Positions 54,578 through 63,835 of a DNA stretch of 64,000 bases are shown piece after piece. Below the pieces are notes generated by a model. It made no database searches, had not been told where the DNA came from, and worked only from the letters and a program-made list of their open reading frames with translations. Made by a program: the position numbers and the translations under genes. The stretch covers positions 9,330 through 73,329 of the forward strand of contig JBBTJN010000033.1 of the NCBI GenBank assembly GCA_038059415.1. The letters run 5' to 3'. Every line of letters starts with the position of its first letter. Position 1 is the stretch's first letter. The stretch comes from Elusimicrobiota bacterium. Its GTDB lineage: Bacteria > Elusimicrobiota > Elusimicrobia > UBA1565 > UBA9628.

Positions 54578-55336
54578 TTGACGACGGACACGACGCTTTC
54601 CAAGCACGTGCTTTTCCTCGTGCCTTGGCACATCGGCAACAGGCTTGATGTCACGGTCCACGCGGCCCGCCTCGCGCGAAATATTCGCGTTTTCCTGACG
54701 GAGGAGCCCGCGCTCACCCGGCGCCAGTTCGAGGGCGACTTGGGTGTCGACTGCAAGGGGAAGGAATTCCTGCTCATCCCCGAAAAGGAGAATCCGCGGT
54801 TCCTTAAGGAAGTCCTGGCCAGGCTGCGCACGGAGGACGTGGCCTTGATCTGCTCGGGCGGCATTCCCTGTTTTATCGATCCCGGCGCCTGGCTGGTCAA
54901 GAGCCTACGCGAGCGCGACATGCCGATGAGGGCATTGGCCGGCGCCTCGATCCTGTCTACGATGCTGTCGCTGAGCGCGATGGACTGGACGGGGACGCAT
55001 AATCGCGGGACCTTCGTCATCTATCTCGCCTCCGGTCCCGAGGGCGACGTGCACGCCTCCCTGCTTGAGGCCGTTCGCCGGGAGGACGAGCCGGTGTTCA
55101 TCTTCCTGGCCCTGACCCAGTTCCGGGAGTGCATCACGAACATCGAGCCCGTCATCGGCAAGCGCCTCGTCAGCACCTTCTTCGACCTCACCAAGAAGCC
55201 GCCTGGGAAGTACCCTTACGCGGACCGGGTGATGACCAAGGGCTGTCGCGAATGGCTGAAGGAGGCGGATCGCATCCCGTGGAAGGAGATTTCGGACGTG
55301 GCGCTGATGGTCCATCCTCGCGAGGCCGCGGCATGA
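54578..55336 (+). CDS. Tetrapyrrole-methylase-fold (TP_methylase, RsmI-like) SAM-dependent methyltransferase family protein.
   Basis: LFLVPWHIGNRLDVTVHAARLARNIRVFLTE and ICSGGIPCFIDPGAWLVKSLRE...ALAGASILSTMLSLSAMDW parallel RsmI/CobA-type motifs (LVSDAGTPLISDPG...). Confidence 0.55.
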   Translation: MTTDTTLSKHVLFLVPWHIGNRLDVTVHAARLARNIRVFLTEEPALTRRQFEGDLGVDCKGKEFLLIPEKENPRFLKEVLARLRTEDVALICSGGIPCFIDPGAWLVKSLRERDMPMRALAGASILSTMLSLSAMDWTGTHNRGTFVIYLASGPEGDVHASLLEAVRREDEPVFIFLALTQFRECITNIEPVIGKRLVSTFFDLTKKPPGKYPYADRVMTKGCREWLKEADRIPWKEISDVALMVHPREAAA

Positions 55337-55385
55337 CCGAGCTTAAGCGAGGAAATGGTCCCGTCGATCTCCGTAGGGGGGGACC

Positions 55386-56360
55386 ATGACCGAGCCGCGC
55401 CGGGTCGAAATCCATCTTGGCACCCTCTGCAACAATCTTTGCGTCTTCTGCATGAGCAGCATGAACCGCGACCACCATGAGTCCTGGGCTACGCTTGACC
55501 GGGTTCAGGAGGAGCTCCGGCACTTCCGGGAGAAGGGTTGCAGCTCCGCCGGCTTCCTCGGCGGAGAGCCGACCGTCTATCCCCACATCGTCGAATCGAT
55601 CGCCTATGCGAAGTCGCTCGGCTATGACCGGATCGCCCTCTGCACCAACGCAACCCGCATGTCCGACCCGGCCTTCTGCGCCGCCTTGGTGGAGGCGGGC
55701 CTCACGCGCGTGACCCTCTCCATCCACAGCCACCGTGCCGAGGTTGAGGACGAGCTCATCACCGGCGTACCCGGCAACCTCGTTCGCAAGATCGCCGCGA
55801 TCAAGAATCTGTTTGCGCTGAAGCTCAAGGGGAAGTTGCCGGGAAACATCGCGCTCAATCCGGTCCTCTGCCGTCCCACCTTGGACGAGATGGAGGAGTA
55901 CGTCGCCTTCTTCGGGGCGATGGGCTTGGAGGATATCCGCTTCAATTATATCTGGCCCCAAGGTGAGGTGGGCCGCGACCGCCGCTGGATACCTACCTTC
56001 AAGGAAGCCATGCCGAAGATCGTGCGCATCATGCTGCTCAACGAGAAGCGCTTGCGCAAGCACCTGACCTTCGGGGGAATTCCGAAGTGCGCGCTCCTCC
56101 TGGCCGGGGTGAAGGGCCCGACGCTCGAGTATCTTGCGGCCAAGTATCTCGACGAAGCGGGCTTCGATCCCGACAACGACGTGAGCATGGCCACCAAGAA
56201 TGGCCCGATGCCGGACCGGTTCGTCTGGCAGAAGGTCAAGAAGGATACCCTCAAGGCCAAGGGGCCGAGGTGCGCCCGCTGTGCACACCACGACCGCTGC
56301 GAGGGGGTTTGGGGCAGCTATGGCGAGCTCTACGGATTCTCGGAGTTGACGCCTCTATGA
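55386..56360 (+). CDS. Radical SAM protein.
   Basis: The motifs are CNNLCVFC and LGGEPTV. The tail is CARCAHHDRCEGVWGSYGELYGFSEL. Confidence 0.75.
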   Translation: MTEPRRVEIHLGTLCNNLCVFCMSSMNRDHHESWATLDRVQEELRHFREKGCSSAGFLGGEPTVYPHIVESIAYAKSLGYDRIALCTNATRMSDPAFCAALVEAGLTRVTLSIHSHRAEVEDELITGVPGNLVRKIAAIKNLFALKLKGKLPGNIALNPVLCRPTLDEMEEYVAFFGAMGLEDIRFNYIWPQGEVGRDRRWIPTFKEAMPKIVRIMLLNEKRLRKHLTFGGIPKCALLLAGVKGPTLEYLAAKYLDEAGFDPDNDVSMATKNGPMPDRFVWQKVKKDTLKAKGPRCARCAHHDRCEGVWGSYGELYGFSELTPL

Positions 56361-57589
56361 CGCCGCCAAGCGGGGTGAGCGTCGTGTTGGCCCGCCACGG
56401 CTGGGTTCTGCGCCGCCGCGTGCGTGCGGAGCTCATCCGCTTTACGGTGAGCCGGGCCGGCGAGGGCCGCGCCTTCTGCGAATTCTCCGGCGAGCTTTCC
56501 TCGGGCGCGCTGCGGTCCTTGACCCCGGGCGCCCGGCTTCAGACCGCTCTTGCTCCCGGCGTCCGCCTGAAGGCCTCGGAAACAAAGGGGATCGCGGAGC
56601 TGCAAGCCGAGCTCGGCCGACTCTTGGAATTCTTGCTGCGATCCTCGCCGGGTCCCGCGCGGGGCACGGCCCTGGCCGAGAGCCATGAGGGCCACCAGGG
56701 CCGTGATCTTCTCCTCCGGACGACCTTCGCCTGCAATCAGAAATGCCCGTTCTGCTTCGTGCCCATGACGGGGAAGGGCGCGGACTTCGACGAGATCGAG
56801 CGCGAGCTAGACGCCCAGGCCCGCAGGGCAGGCCCGCGCGGGGAGCTGACCCTCTCCGGAGGCGAGCCCGCCTCAGACCCGCGCCTGCCCGCGATCATCG
56901 CCTCGGCGCGCCGTCGGGGTTTTCGCCGGTTCGTGCTGCAGACCAACGGCGTGTACCTGACGCGCCCTGGGCTGCTGGAGAATCTGATCGCGCTTGGCGT
57001 GAAGTCCTATTTTTTCTCGCTCCACTCCCACAAGGCCGCCGTCTATGACAAGGTCACCGGCAGCCGCGGCCAATATCCCCGCGCCGTGGCGGGCCTTTCC
57101 CGACTCCTGCGCAGCCCCGGTTGTAGCGTCGCCGTGAACGTGGTGGTTAACGCGCATAATTATCGTGACCTGCCCGGGCTAGTCGATTTCGTCGCGAGGC
57201 TCGGCCGTCCGAGCCTGTACTTTTCCATGATCAACGAGCGCGGCCATCAGAAGGCCCCATCCTGGACGGTCGCGCTGGAGGAGGCCGCGCCTTATCTGCG
57301 ACAGGCGGTCGCGCGCTGCCGCAAGGAGGGACTCTCCATCTCCCGCTCCGGCGGCGAGAGTTCCTTCCCGGTCTGCCTGTTTGATGAGCCCGCCCGCCAC
57401 GCGTCGCAACGGCCCCTGCCTCAGGAGCGCGTGCGCTATGCGGAGGATTTCTCGGGGGAGGCCGGCTTCATCGGTCGGGCCAAGCCTCCGTCCTGCCGCG
57501 CATGCCCCTACGACGCCCGCTGCGTCGGAGTTCCCGCGCAATACGCCCGCCTTTACGGCTTGGCGGCGCTGCGCATGGAGGCGAAATAG
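56357..57589 (+). CDS. Radical SAM protein with an N-terminal domain. It is a paralog of the 43111 gene.
   Basis: The motifs are CNQKCPFC and SGGEPAS. The tail is CRACPYDARCVGVPAQYARLYGL. The ATG overlaps the upstream stop (ATGA). Confidence 0.65.
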   Translation: MTPPSGVSVVLARHGWVLRRRVRAELIRFTVSRAGEGRAFCEFSGELSSGALRSLTPGARLQTALAPGVRLKASETKGIAELQAELGRLLEFLLRSSPGPARGTALAESHEGHQGRDLLLRTTFACNQKCPFCFVPMTGKGADFDEIERELDAQARRAGPRGELTLSGGEPASDPRLPAIIASARRRGFRRFVLQTNGVYLTRPGLLENLIALGVKSYFFSLHSHKAAVYDKVTGSRGQYPRAVAGLSRLLRSPGCSVAVNVVVNAHNYRDLPGLVDFVARLGRPSLYFSMINERGHQKAPSWTVALEEAAPYLRQAVARCRKEGLSISRSGGESSFPVCLFDEPARHASQRPLPQERVRYAEDFSGEAGFIGRAKPPSCRACPYDARCVGVPAQYARLYGLAALRMEAK

Positions 57590-57637
57590 TTCCGATGGCG
57601 CCGTCGTGCCGAACTCCTATCCGTCACGGATACTGCT

Positions 57638-58279
57638 TCAAGGGACCACTTCCAGGATGACGGTGTTGGAGACGGCGCGCAATCCTCCCTTGGAAGCGTA
57701 GACGGCCTTGAGGCGGTAGATCCCCGGGATCTCGAAACGGAAAGTGGTCTGGAGGTCCCGGAAGCGGTCGGCGGATCCGGAGCCTCGGGTGAGCAGATAA
57801 TCGCCCGGTGCTAAAGTGATTTCGAACCCGGATTCCGGTTCCCGGGCGGGGGCCGTGCCCGCCTGAACCTTCGCCGTTTCCTTGGGAACGCAGGGCAAGA
57901 GAGCCTCCGTTCCTCCCGGTAGCGTCGCATAGAATTTATACCCGTTGGGGCCGCAGAGAGAGCCGTCCTTGGTGAAGGAGGGGGCTATTTCCCTGAACAG
58001 GAGGGGTTCGCGCCCCACGTTCTGCATCTCAAGGCGATAGTGGAAGGTCGCGCCCGCCCTGATCCTAGACCGATCCGACAGAAGCAGGATATTGAGCTTG
58101 CGCGGTGCGTTCTCGGGCTGCCACCCCGGCATCGGCTGGCGCAGGAGGTCTTTACGGTCTCGTTGTTCGGCGGTGAGGGGAAGGGCTGGCTCGGAGGCTT
58201 GCTCGTTTCGGCAGGCACTGAGGACCAGAAGCGGGAACAGGTAGAGCCAACGTCCTTTCCAAGTGAGGGGATAGTTCAT
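57638..58279 (-). CDS. Hypothetical lipoprotein.
   Basis: The signal sequence is MNYPLTWKGRWLYLFPLLVLSAC, with an L-S-A-C lipobox. The track start at 58300 (TTG) is also possible. Confidence 0.45.
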   Translation of the reverse strand: MNYPLTWKGRWLYLFPLLVLSACRNEQASEPALPLTAEQRDRKDLLRQPMPGWQPENAPRKLNILLLSDRSRIRAGATFHYRLEMQNVGREPLLFREIAPSFTKDGSLCGPNGYKFYATLPGGTEALLPCVPKETAKVQAGTAPAREPESGFEITLAPGDYLLTRGSGSADRFRDLQTTFRFEIPGIYRLKAVYASKGGLRAVSNTVILEVVP

Positions 58280-58346
58280 GAGTGCTCGTGATCGTAGCAA
58301 CGATCCTGCCGGAAGGGGTGGTCGTCTTGTTGCACTGCGGACCTAG

Positions 58347-59027
58347 TTGAGCACGGATCAAAATCAAATCGTCGCCCTTTTCGCCCGGACTCCTCCTTTC
58401 GCAGGAGCGTCCAGGGCTGATATCGCGGCCTTGGCCGCGGGGTGTTCGCTTTACCGATTCGCGCCCAAGGCGCAGGTGTTCGCCGAGGGCGATCGGGCCA
58501 CGGCGGGTTGGATGATCCTCTCTGGCCGCGTGCGCATATTGGTCTTCGTGGACGGCGCGCGCACGCTTCAAGCCGAGTTGCTCGGGCCCGGAGAAATGTT
58601 CGGTTTGTATTGCCGTCTCGCAAGCCGGATACCCTATCCCTGCACCGCCGTGGCGGACGGCCCGCTCACCGCGGTGCGCATACCGGACGGGGCCTTCGAG
58701 GCTTTGGCCCGACGATCGCAGGGTGTCGCGCGCTGCGCTTTGGAGCGCTGTGCCGGGCGCATGCGCTTGATTTTGGGACTTGTCCGCTTCGGCAGGGAGA
58801 GCGTGCGCGCGCGCATCATCGAGACTTTGCTCTCTTTGCGGGCCCGCTTCGGCGACGAGATTCCGGCCACGCGCCACGAATTGGCGGCCTGGGTGGGCGC
58901 CTCCCAGGAGACCGTGTTCCGCGGTCTGGCGGAGCTGCGCGCCCAGTCAATTTTGCGCACCGAGCGCGGGCGCGTCATCATACTGGACGCGAAGAAATTG
59001 CTCCGGGCGAGCGCGCGGAGGGAATGA
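58347..59027 (+). CDS. Crp/Fnr-family transcriptional regulator.
   Basis: A cNMP-binding beta-roll (GEMFGLY...) is followed by a C-terminal HTH (RHELAAWVGASQETVFRGLAEL). It has a TTG start. Confidence 0.7.
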   Translation: MSTDQNQIVALFARTPPFAGASRADIAALAAGCSLYRFAPKAQVFAEGDRATAGWMILSGRVRILVFVDGARTLQAELLGPGEMFGLYCRLASRIPYPCTAVADGPLTAVRIPDGAFEALARRSQGVARCALERCAGRMRLILGLVRFGRESVRARIIETLLSLRARFGDEIPATRHELAAWVGASQETVFRGLAELRAQSILRTERGRVIILDAKKLLRASARRE

Positions 59028-59899
59028 TGAGCCGGCTGCGCCCGGAATGGGAAGCCATCGTGGTCGGCGGCGGGCCCGCGGGGCTTGCGGCGGGCATTCA
59101 GCTTTCCCGCGCGGGCTTGCGCACCGCCTTGCTGGAACGTGATGCGCTGGGCGGCCAGGCGGGCCGCCTGGCGCTCATTGAGAACGCGCCGGGCTGGCCC
59201 GATGGAATCTCCGGGCGGCGCCTCATGTCGACGTACGTCCGGCAGGCGCGGGCCTGGGGCCTGCGGACTCTCAAAGGCGAACTCGTCGGGCTTTGCCCGG
59301 GACCCGCCGCCCAACGCCTGCTCTTGGCTGATGGACGCCGTCTCTCGGCGCGTTCGGTGGTCCTGGCGACCGGCGCATGTTTCAAGTCGTTGCGAGCGCC
59401 GGGCGCCGGACGTTTACGCGGCCGGGGAATATTTCATGCGGCTTTCGACGTACCCGCGAATTGGCGAGGCCGCCGCGTCGCCGTGGTCGGAGGCGGCGAG
59501 GCCGCCGTGCACCAGGCGGTTCATCTCGCGGGCCGTGCCCGGCGTGTGTTCCTCATCGCGCGCGGGCCGCTGAGCGCGCACCGGCTTCTGCTGTCGCGCC
59601 TCGCGGCCCTGCCGAACGTGGAAATCCTGCGCGGTCGCGTCATTCGCGTCGAGGGGCGCTCCCGGGTGTCGGCGCTCGTGCTGCGCGGCGCGCGCGGCGC
59701 GCGCGCGCGCCTGCCGGTGGCGGCCGTCTTCGTCTTGATCGGCGCCCGCGCCTCCGCCTGGTCGCGCCTGCGCGGGCGTCCGGGCGTGTTCGTGGCCGGA
59801 GACGCGCGCGGAGGCGTCGAGCGCCAGGTCGCGGTGGCCGCGGGAGACGGCATGGCCGCGGCCGTGCGGGCCCTGCGCTGGTTGCGCGAGCGGGCATGA
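59024..59899 (+). CDS. Thioredoxin-reductase-like FAD/NAD(P)-dependent oxidoreductase.
   Basis: It has IVVGGGPAGLAAG (FAD GxGxxG), VAVVGGGEAAV (NAD GxGxxA) and a C-terminal GDARGG motif. The ATG overlaps the crp stop. Confidence 0.6.
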   Translation: MMSRLRPEWEAIVVGGGPAGLAAGIQLSRAGLRTALLERDALGGQAGRLALIENAPGWPDGISGRRLMSTYVRQARAWGLRTLKGELVGLCPGPAAQRLLLADGRRLSARSVVLATGACFKSLRAPGAGRLRGRGIFHAAFDVPANWRGRRVAVVGGGEAAVHQAVHLAGRARRVFLIARGPLSAHRLLLSRLAALPNVEILRGRVIRVEGRSRVSALVLRGARGARARLPVAAVFVLIGARASAWSRLRGRPGVFVAGDARGGVERQVAVAAGDGMAAAVRALRWLRERA

Positions 59900-61500
59900 A
59901 GATACTGGAGACGCGTTCGGTCGGCCCGCTCGGACGCCTCTATCTGGCGCGCTTGCCTGGGGAAAGTCGGCGGCTCATCGAATTCGTCGACACGGTCGAA
60001 CCGGGCGTGGAGAAGGCGCGCAAGTGGGTGCTGATGCTCTCCACCCAGGTCGGCTGCGTGATCGGCTGCCGCATGTGCGACGGCGGCGCTATGGGCTGGC
60101 GAGGGAACCTCACCGCAGCTGAGATCGTGGCGCAGGTTCGACGCGTCGTCAAAGACAACCCCGGGCTTGAGGCGCGCCGACACCCGAAGTTCAAGGTTCA
60201 CTTCGCGCGCCTGGGCGAGCCGACCTTGAACCCGGCGACGCCTCGGGCTCTTGAGATGCTGGCGGCGCAGTGGGGCGGGCCGGGCCTGACCGCCTCGATC
60301 TCGACGGTGGCGCCCGACGCGCCGACGGCTGCGGCGTGCCTTGAGGAGATGCGCGCGGTCAAGGACCGGCTCTATCGAGGGGGACGCTTTCAGCTGCAGT
60401 TCTCCGCGCACTCAACCGACGAGTCCGTGCGCCGCCGGGTCATGCGCGCGCGGCCCTGGGCCCTCGAGCGCGTGGCGGACTTTGGCCGACGCTGGTGGCG
60501 CGCGGGCGACCGCAAGGTGACTTTGAACTTCGCGCTGGCACCCGACCAGCCTCTCGCTGCGCGGTCGGTCGCGCGGACTTTCGACCCGGAGCGCTTCCTC
60601 GTCAAAATCACGCCCGTCAACCCGACGCGCGCCGCTCACGCGAGCGGGTCGTCTCGCCTCTGGAGCGAACCGCCGCCCGATGTCGCGGCGGCGGCCGCGG
60701 GCCTGCGCGCGCACGGATTTACGGTGATCCTGTCGCCGAGCACTCCCGAAGAGGTGGCGGCCGAGACCTCCTGCGGCCAGCTCTGGTCGAGCGCCCTGCG
60801 CGACGAGGCCCGCGCCGGCCTGCGCGCCGACCGGCTCGAAAGCGACTGCTATGTCGTCGCCGGGACGATGCCGGAGAAGGCTAGGGGCTGGATGTCGGAC
60901 CTGTCCCGTTTCAAATCGCGCGGCGAGCCCCTGCGCCCGGAGAAGGCGGGCCTGCTCATCGTCGATCTGATCGATTTCTTCATCGACCGCAATTCCTCAG
61001 CCTATCTGCCTCAGTCCCGCGCCGCCGTCCTTGGCGCCGTGCGCTTGCTTGCCGCCTTCCGCGAGGCCGGGCGGCCGGTGTTTTTCGCGCGCCATGCCCA
61101 CCGCGACCCGGCGCGCGACGGGGGCCTGATGACGCGGTGGTGGGCGAAGGTCTGCCGTGACGGCCTTCCCGAGTCGCGCGTCACCGCGGCGCTGGCGCCG
61201 CGTCCCGGCGAGACGGTCCTGCGCAAGACCCGCTATAGCGCGTTCTCGAACCCGCGCCTGGCGGGCGCGTTGCGCGACGCCGGCGTCTCGGACCTCGTGG
61301 TCTGCGGCCTGGCGACGAACCTGTGCGTCGAATCGACCGCGCGCGCGGCCTTCGACCTGGGGTTGAGCACCTTCGTGCCTGCCGACGCGACCGTCGCCCA
61401 CGACGAGGAGCTCCATCTTGGAGCGCTGCGCAGCCTCGCGCAAGGCTTCTCGCGCGTCATGCTCGTCGATGACATCGCCGCGGCGCTGAGAATCCATTAA
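59896..61500 (+). CDS. Fusion of an RlmN/Cfr-like radical SAM domain with a C-terminal isochorismatase-like (cysteine hydrolase) domain.
   Basis: The N-terminal part has LSTQVGCVIGCRMC (CxxxCxxC) followed by GWRGNLTAAEIV, as in RlmN/Cfr. The C-terminal part has LLIVDLIDFF...VVCGLATNLCVESTARAAFDLGL, typical of the isochorismatase family. The track ORF has a 173-codon Arg-rich false extension. Confidence 0.6.
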   Translation: MKILETRSVGPLGRLYLARLPGESRRLIEFVDTVEPGVEKARKWVLMLSTQVGCVIGCRMCDGGAMGWRGNLTAAEIVAQVRRVVKDNPGLEARRHPKFKVHFARLGEPTLNPATPRALEMLAAQWGGPGLTASISTVAPDAPTAAACLEEMRAVKDRLYRGGRFQLQFSAHSTDESVRRRVMRARPWALERVADFGRRWWRAGDRKVTLNFALAPDQPLAARSVARTFDPERFLVKITPVNPTRAAHASGSSRLWSEPPPDVAAAAAGLRAHGFTVILSPSTPEEVAAETSCGQLWSSALRDEARAGLRADRLESDCYVVAGTMPEKARGWMSDLSRFKSRGEPLRPEKAGLLIVDLIDFFIDRNSSAYLPQSRAAVLGAVRLLAAFREAGRPVFFARHAHRDPARDGGLMTRWWAKVCRDGLPESRVTAALAPRPGETVLRKTRYSAFSNPRLAGALRDAGVSDLVVCGLATNLCVESTARAAFDLGLSTFVPADATVAHDEELHLGALRSLAQGFSRVMLVDDIAAALRIH

Positions 61501-61559
61501 GCGTTGTTTGGTATCAATGTGCGCCGTAAGGGAGCACTTTAGTGCGGAATTTTTGTTGC

Positions 61560-61577
61560 GTACAAGCCCGCTTGTGC
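61560..61577 (+). promoter_or_regulatory. Imperfect palindrome GTACAAGC-cc-GCTTGTGC in the nrdD upstream region, a candidate operator.
   Basis: Seen directly, about 40 nt upstream of the nrdD RBS AGGAGAAG. The regulator is unknown. Confidence 0.25.
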
Positions 61578-61609
61578 ATTTTCATCACTCTTAGGAGAAG
61601 AAAACCAGG

Positions 61610-63643
61610 ATGACGACCAAAATGGCGGAGACGAAGGCCCTGGTTTCGACTTTGCAGTCGGTCAACAAGAGAGACGGCTCATGCGTCGCGTTCGATCCCG
61701 CCAAGGTTCGCTCCGCCATCGCCCGCGCGGGCGCGGCCACGGGGGAGTTCGGCGACGAGGACGCCGGTCCGCTCACCGAGCAGGTGGTCAAGGTCCTCGT
61801 CCGCCGGACCGGCGCCGGCGTGCTGACCATCGAGAAAATACAGGACGTCGTCGAGCACGTCCTGATCTCGGCCGACCACTTCAAGACCGCCCGCGCCTAT
61901 ATCGTCTACCGCGAGCAGCACCGGAAGCTGCGGCGCGACTTTAAGACCGTCGTCGACGTCGAGTCCTCGATCAACGAGTACGTCAACCGCCTCGATTGGC
62001 GCATCAACGCCAACGCCAACCAGGGCTATTCTCTGGGCGGGCTGGTCCTCAACGTCGCGGGCAAGGTCGTCGCGAATTATTGGCTCAACCATGTCTACTC
62101 GCCCGAGATGGGGGAGGCGCATCGCAGCGGCGACATTCATATACACGATCTGGACATGCTGGCGGGCTACTGCGCGGGCTGGTCGCTGAGGACGCTTCTA
62201 CAGGAAGGGCTCAACGGCATTCCCGGAAAGGTCGAGGCGGGACCGCCCAAACACCTGTCGAGCGCCGTGGGGCAGATCGTCAATTTTCTGGGCACTTTGC
62301 AGAACGAGTGGGCCGGCGCCCAGGCGTTCAGCTCGTTTGACACCTACATGGCCGCGTTCATCCGCAAGGACAGGCTCGCATACGGGGAAGTGAGGCAATC
62401 CATTCAAGAGCTCATCTACAACCTCAACGTGCCCTCGCGCTGGGGCACGCAGACGCCCTTCACCAACCTGACCTTCGACTGGGTTTGCCCGGAGGATCTG
62501 CGCGATAAGCATCCTCTGATCGGAGGCGTGGAGATGCCCTTCGCCTACGGCGAGCTTCAGGTCGAGATGGATATGATCAACCGGGCCTACATCGAGGTCA
62601 TGACGGCCGGCGATTCGAAGGGACGCGTCTTCACGTTCCCTATCCCGACCTACAACATCACCGCGGATTTCCCCTGGGAAAGCGAGAACGCGGATCGTTT
62701 GTTCGAGATGACCGCGAAGTACGGCCTGCCGTATTTTCAGAACTTCCTCAACTCCGAGCTCAAGCCGAACATGATCAGGTCTATGTGTTGTCGCCTGCAG
62801 CTCGACCTTCGAGAGCTGCTCAAGCGCGGCAACGGCCTGTTCGGCTCGGCAGAGCAGACCGGGTCGCTGGGCGTGGTCACGATCAACTGCGCCCGCCTCG
62901 GCCATCTGCATAAGGGCGATGAGGCCGCGCTTCTTGGCCGGCTGGACGCGCTCATTGAAATCGCCCGCAACAGCCTCGAGATCAAGCGCAAGGTCATCCA
63001 ACGCCTGATGGACGACGGCCTGTTCCCGTACACGCGGCGCTACCTCGGCACCATGCGCAACCACTTCTCGACGATCGGGGTCAACGGGATCAATGAAATG
63101 ATCCGCAATTTCAGCGGCGACGCTTACGACATCACGGCCCCCGAAGGGCACGCGCTGGCCGTGCGCTTCCTCGATCATGTGCGCGCGCGCATGGTCGCCA
63201 TCCAGGAAGAGACGGGGCACATGTACAACCTCGAGGCGACGCCCGCGGAAGGAACGACCTACCGTTTCGCCAAGGAGGACCGCAAGCGCTTCCCCGGCAT
63301 ACTCCAGGCCGGCACGGCTGAGCGGCCCTACTACACCAATTCCTCGCAGCTTCCCGTCGGCTTCACCGACGATCCTTTCGAGGCCTTGGAGCGGCAGGAC
63401 GAACTTCAGCGCAAGTATACCGGCGGCACCGTTCTCCACCTCTACATGGGCGAGAGAGTTTCCAGCGGACAGGCCTGCAAGATGCTGGTCAAGCGCGCGT
63501 TGGAGCGCTTCCGGCTTCCGTACATCACGATCACGCCCACTTTCTCGATCTGCCCGAGCCACGGCTATCTGGACGGCGAGCATCAATTTTGTCCGAAGTG
63601 CGACGTGGAACGATTGGCGGAAAAACAAAGGAGCGCAAAATGA
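61610..63643 (+). CDS. nrdD: Anaerobic ribonucleoside-triphosphate reductase large chain (class III) with an ATP-cone.
   Basis: The N-terminal ATP-cone is VNKRDGSCVAFDPAKV. It has a long NrdD core and a C-terminal Cys/His cluster, ICPSHGYLDGEHQFCPKC. The glycyl-radical motif itself is not in this ORF. Confidence 0.85.
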   Translation: MTTKMAETKALVSTLQSVNKRDGSCVAFDPAKVRSAIARAGAATGEFGDEDAGPLTEQVVKVLVRRTGAGVLTIEKIQDVVEHVLISADHFKTARAYIVYREQHRKLRRDFKTVVDVESSINEYVNRLDWRINANANQGYSLGGLVLNVAGKVVANYWLNHVYSPEMGEAHRSGDIHIHDLDMLAGYCAGWSLRTLLQEGLNGIPGKVEAGPPKHLSSAVGQIVNFLGTLQNEWAGAQAFSSFDTYMAAFIRKDRLAYGEVRQSIQELIYNLNVPSRWGTQTPFTNLTFDWVCPEDLRDKHPLIGGVEMPFAYGELQVEMDMINRAYIEVMTAGDSKGRVFTFPIPTYNITADFPWESENADRLFEMTAKYGLPYFQNFLNSELKPNMIRSMCCRLQLDLRELLKRGNGLFGSAEQTGSLGVVTINCARLGHLHKGDEAALLGRLDALIEIARNSLEIKRKVIQRLMDDGLFPYTRRYLGTMRNHFSTIGVNGINEMIRNFSGDAYDITAPEGHALAVRFLDHVRARMVAIQEETGHMYNLEATPAEGTTYRFAKEDRKRFPGILQAGTAERPYYTNSSQLPVGFTDDPFEALERQDELQRKYTGGTVLHLYMGERVSSGQACKMLVKRALERFRLPYITITPTFSICPSHGYLDGEHQFCPKCDVERLAEKQRSAK

Positions 63644-63825
63644 ACGAGACCTCAGCCCCGCCGCGGACGCCCGCGTCGCCCATCAGACTCGAGGAGTCGG
63701 AGCGTCAGCCCTGCGAAGTCTGGACCCGGGTGATGGGCTACCACCGCCCGGTGGCTTCATTCAATATCGGCAAGAAGGGGGAGCACTACGATCGCCGATT
63801 CTTCAAGGAATGCCCCGCCGCGTAA
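63640..63825 (+). CDS. Small ORF encoding the NrdD C-terminal glycyl-radical segment, either as a separate subunit or as a frameshifted continuation.
   Basis: 61 aa containing ...QPCEVWTRVMGYHRPVASFNIGKKGEHYDRRFF. The RV.GY glycyl-radical motif and the NrdD C-terminal consensus are present. An AAAGGAG RBS lies 6 nt upstream. It is in a different frame from nrdD. Confidence 0.5.
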   Translation: MNETSAPPRTPASPIRLEESERQPCEVWTRVMGYHRPVASFNIGKKGEHYDRRFFKECPAA

Positions 63826-63835
63826 CGCCGCGGGA

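Noticed and set aside
58330-58365. TTGAGcacggATCAA as an FNR/CRP box in front of the crp/fnr gene.
   Set aside because: The spacing is TTGAG-N5-ATCAA rather than the N4 of the FNR consensus. The sequence also overlaps the annotated TTG start codon and first codons of the regulator. The adjacent ATCAAAATCAAA is a direct repeat, not an inverted one.
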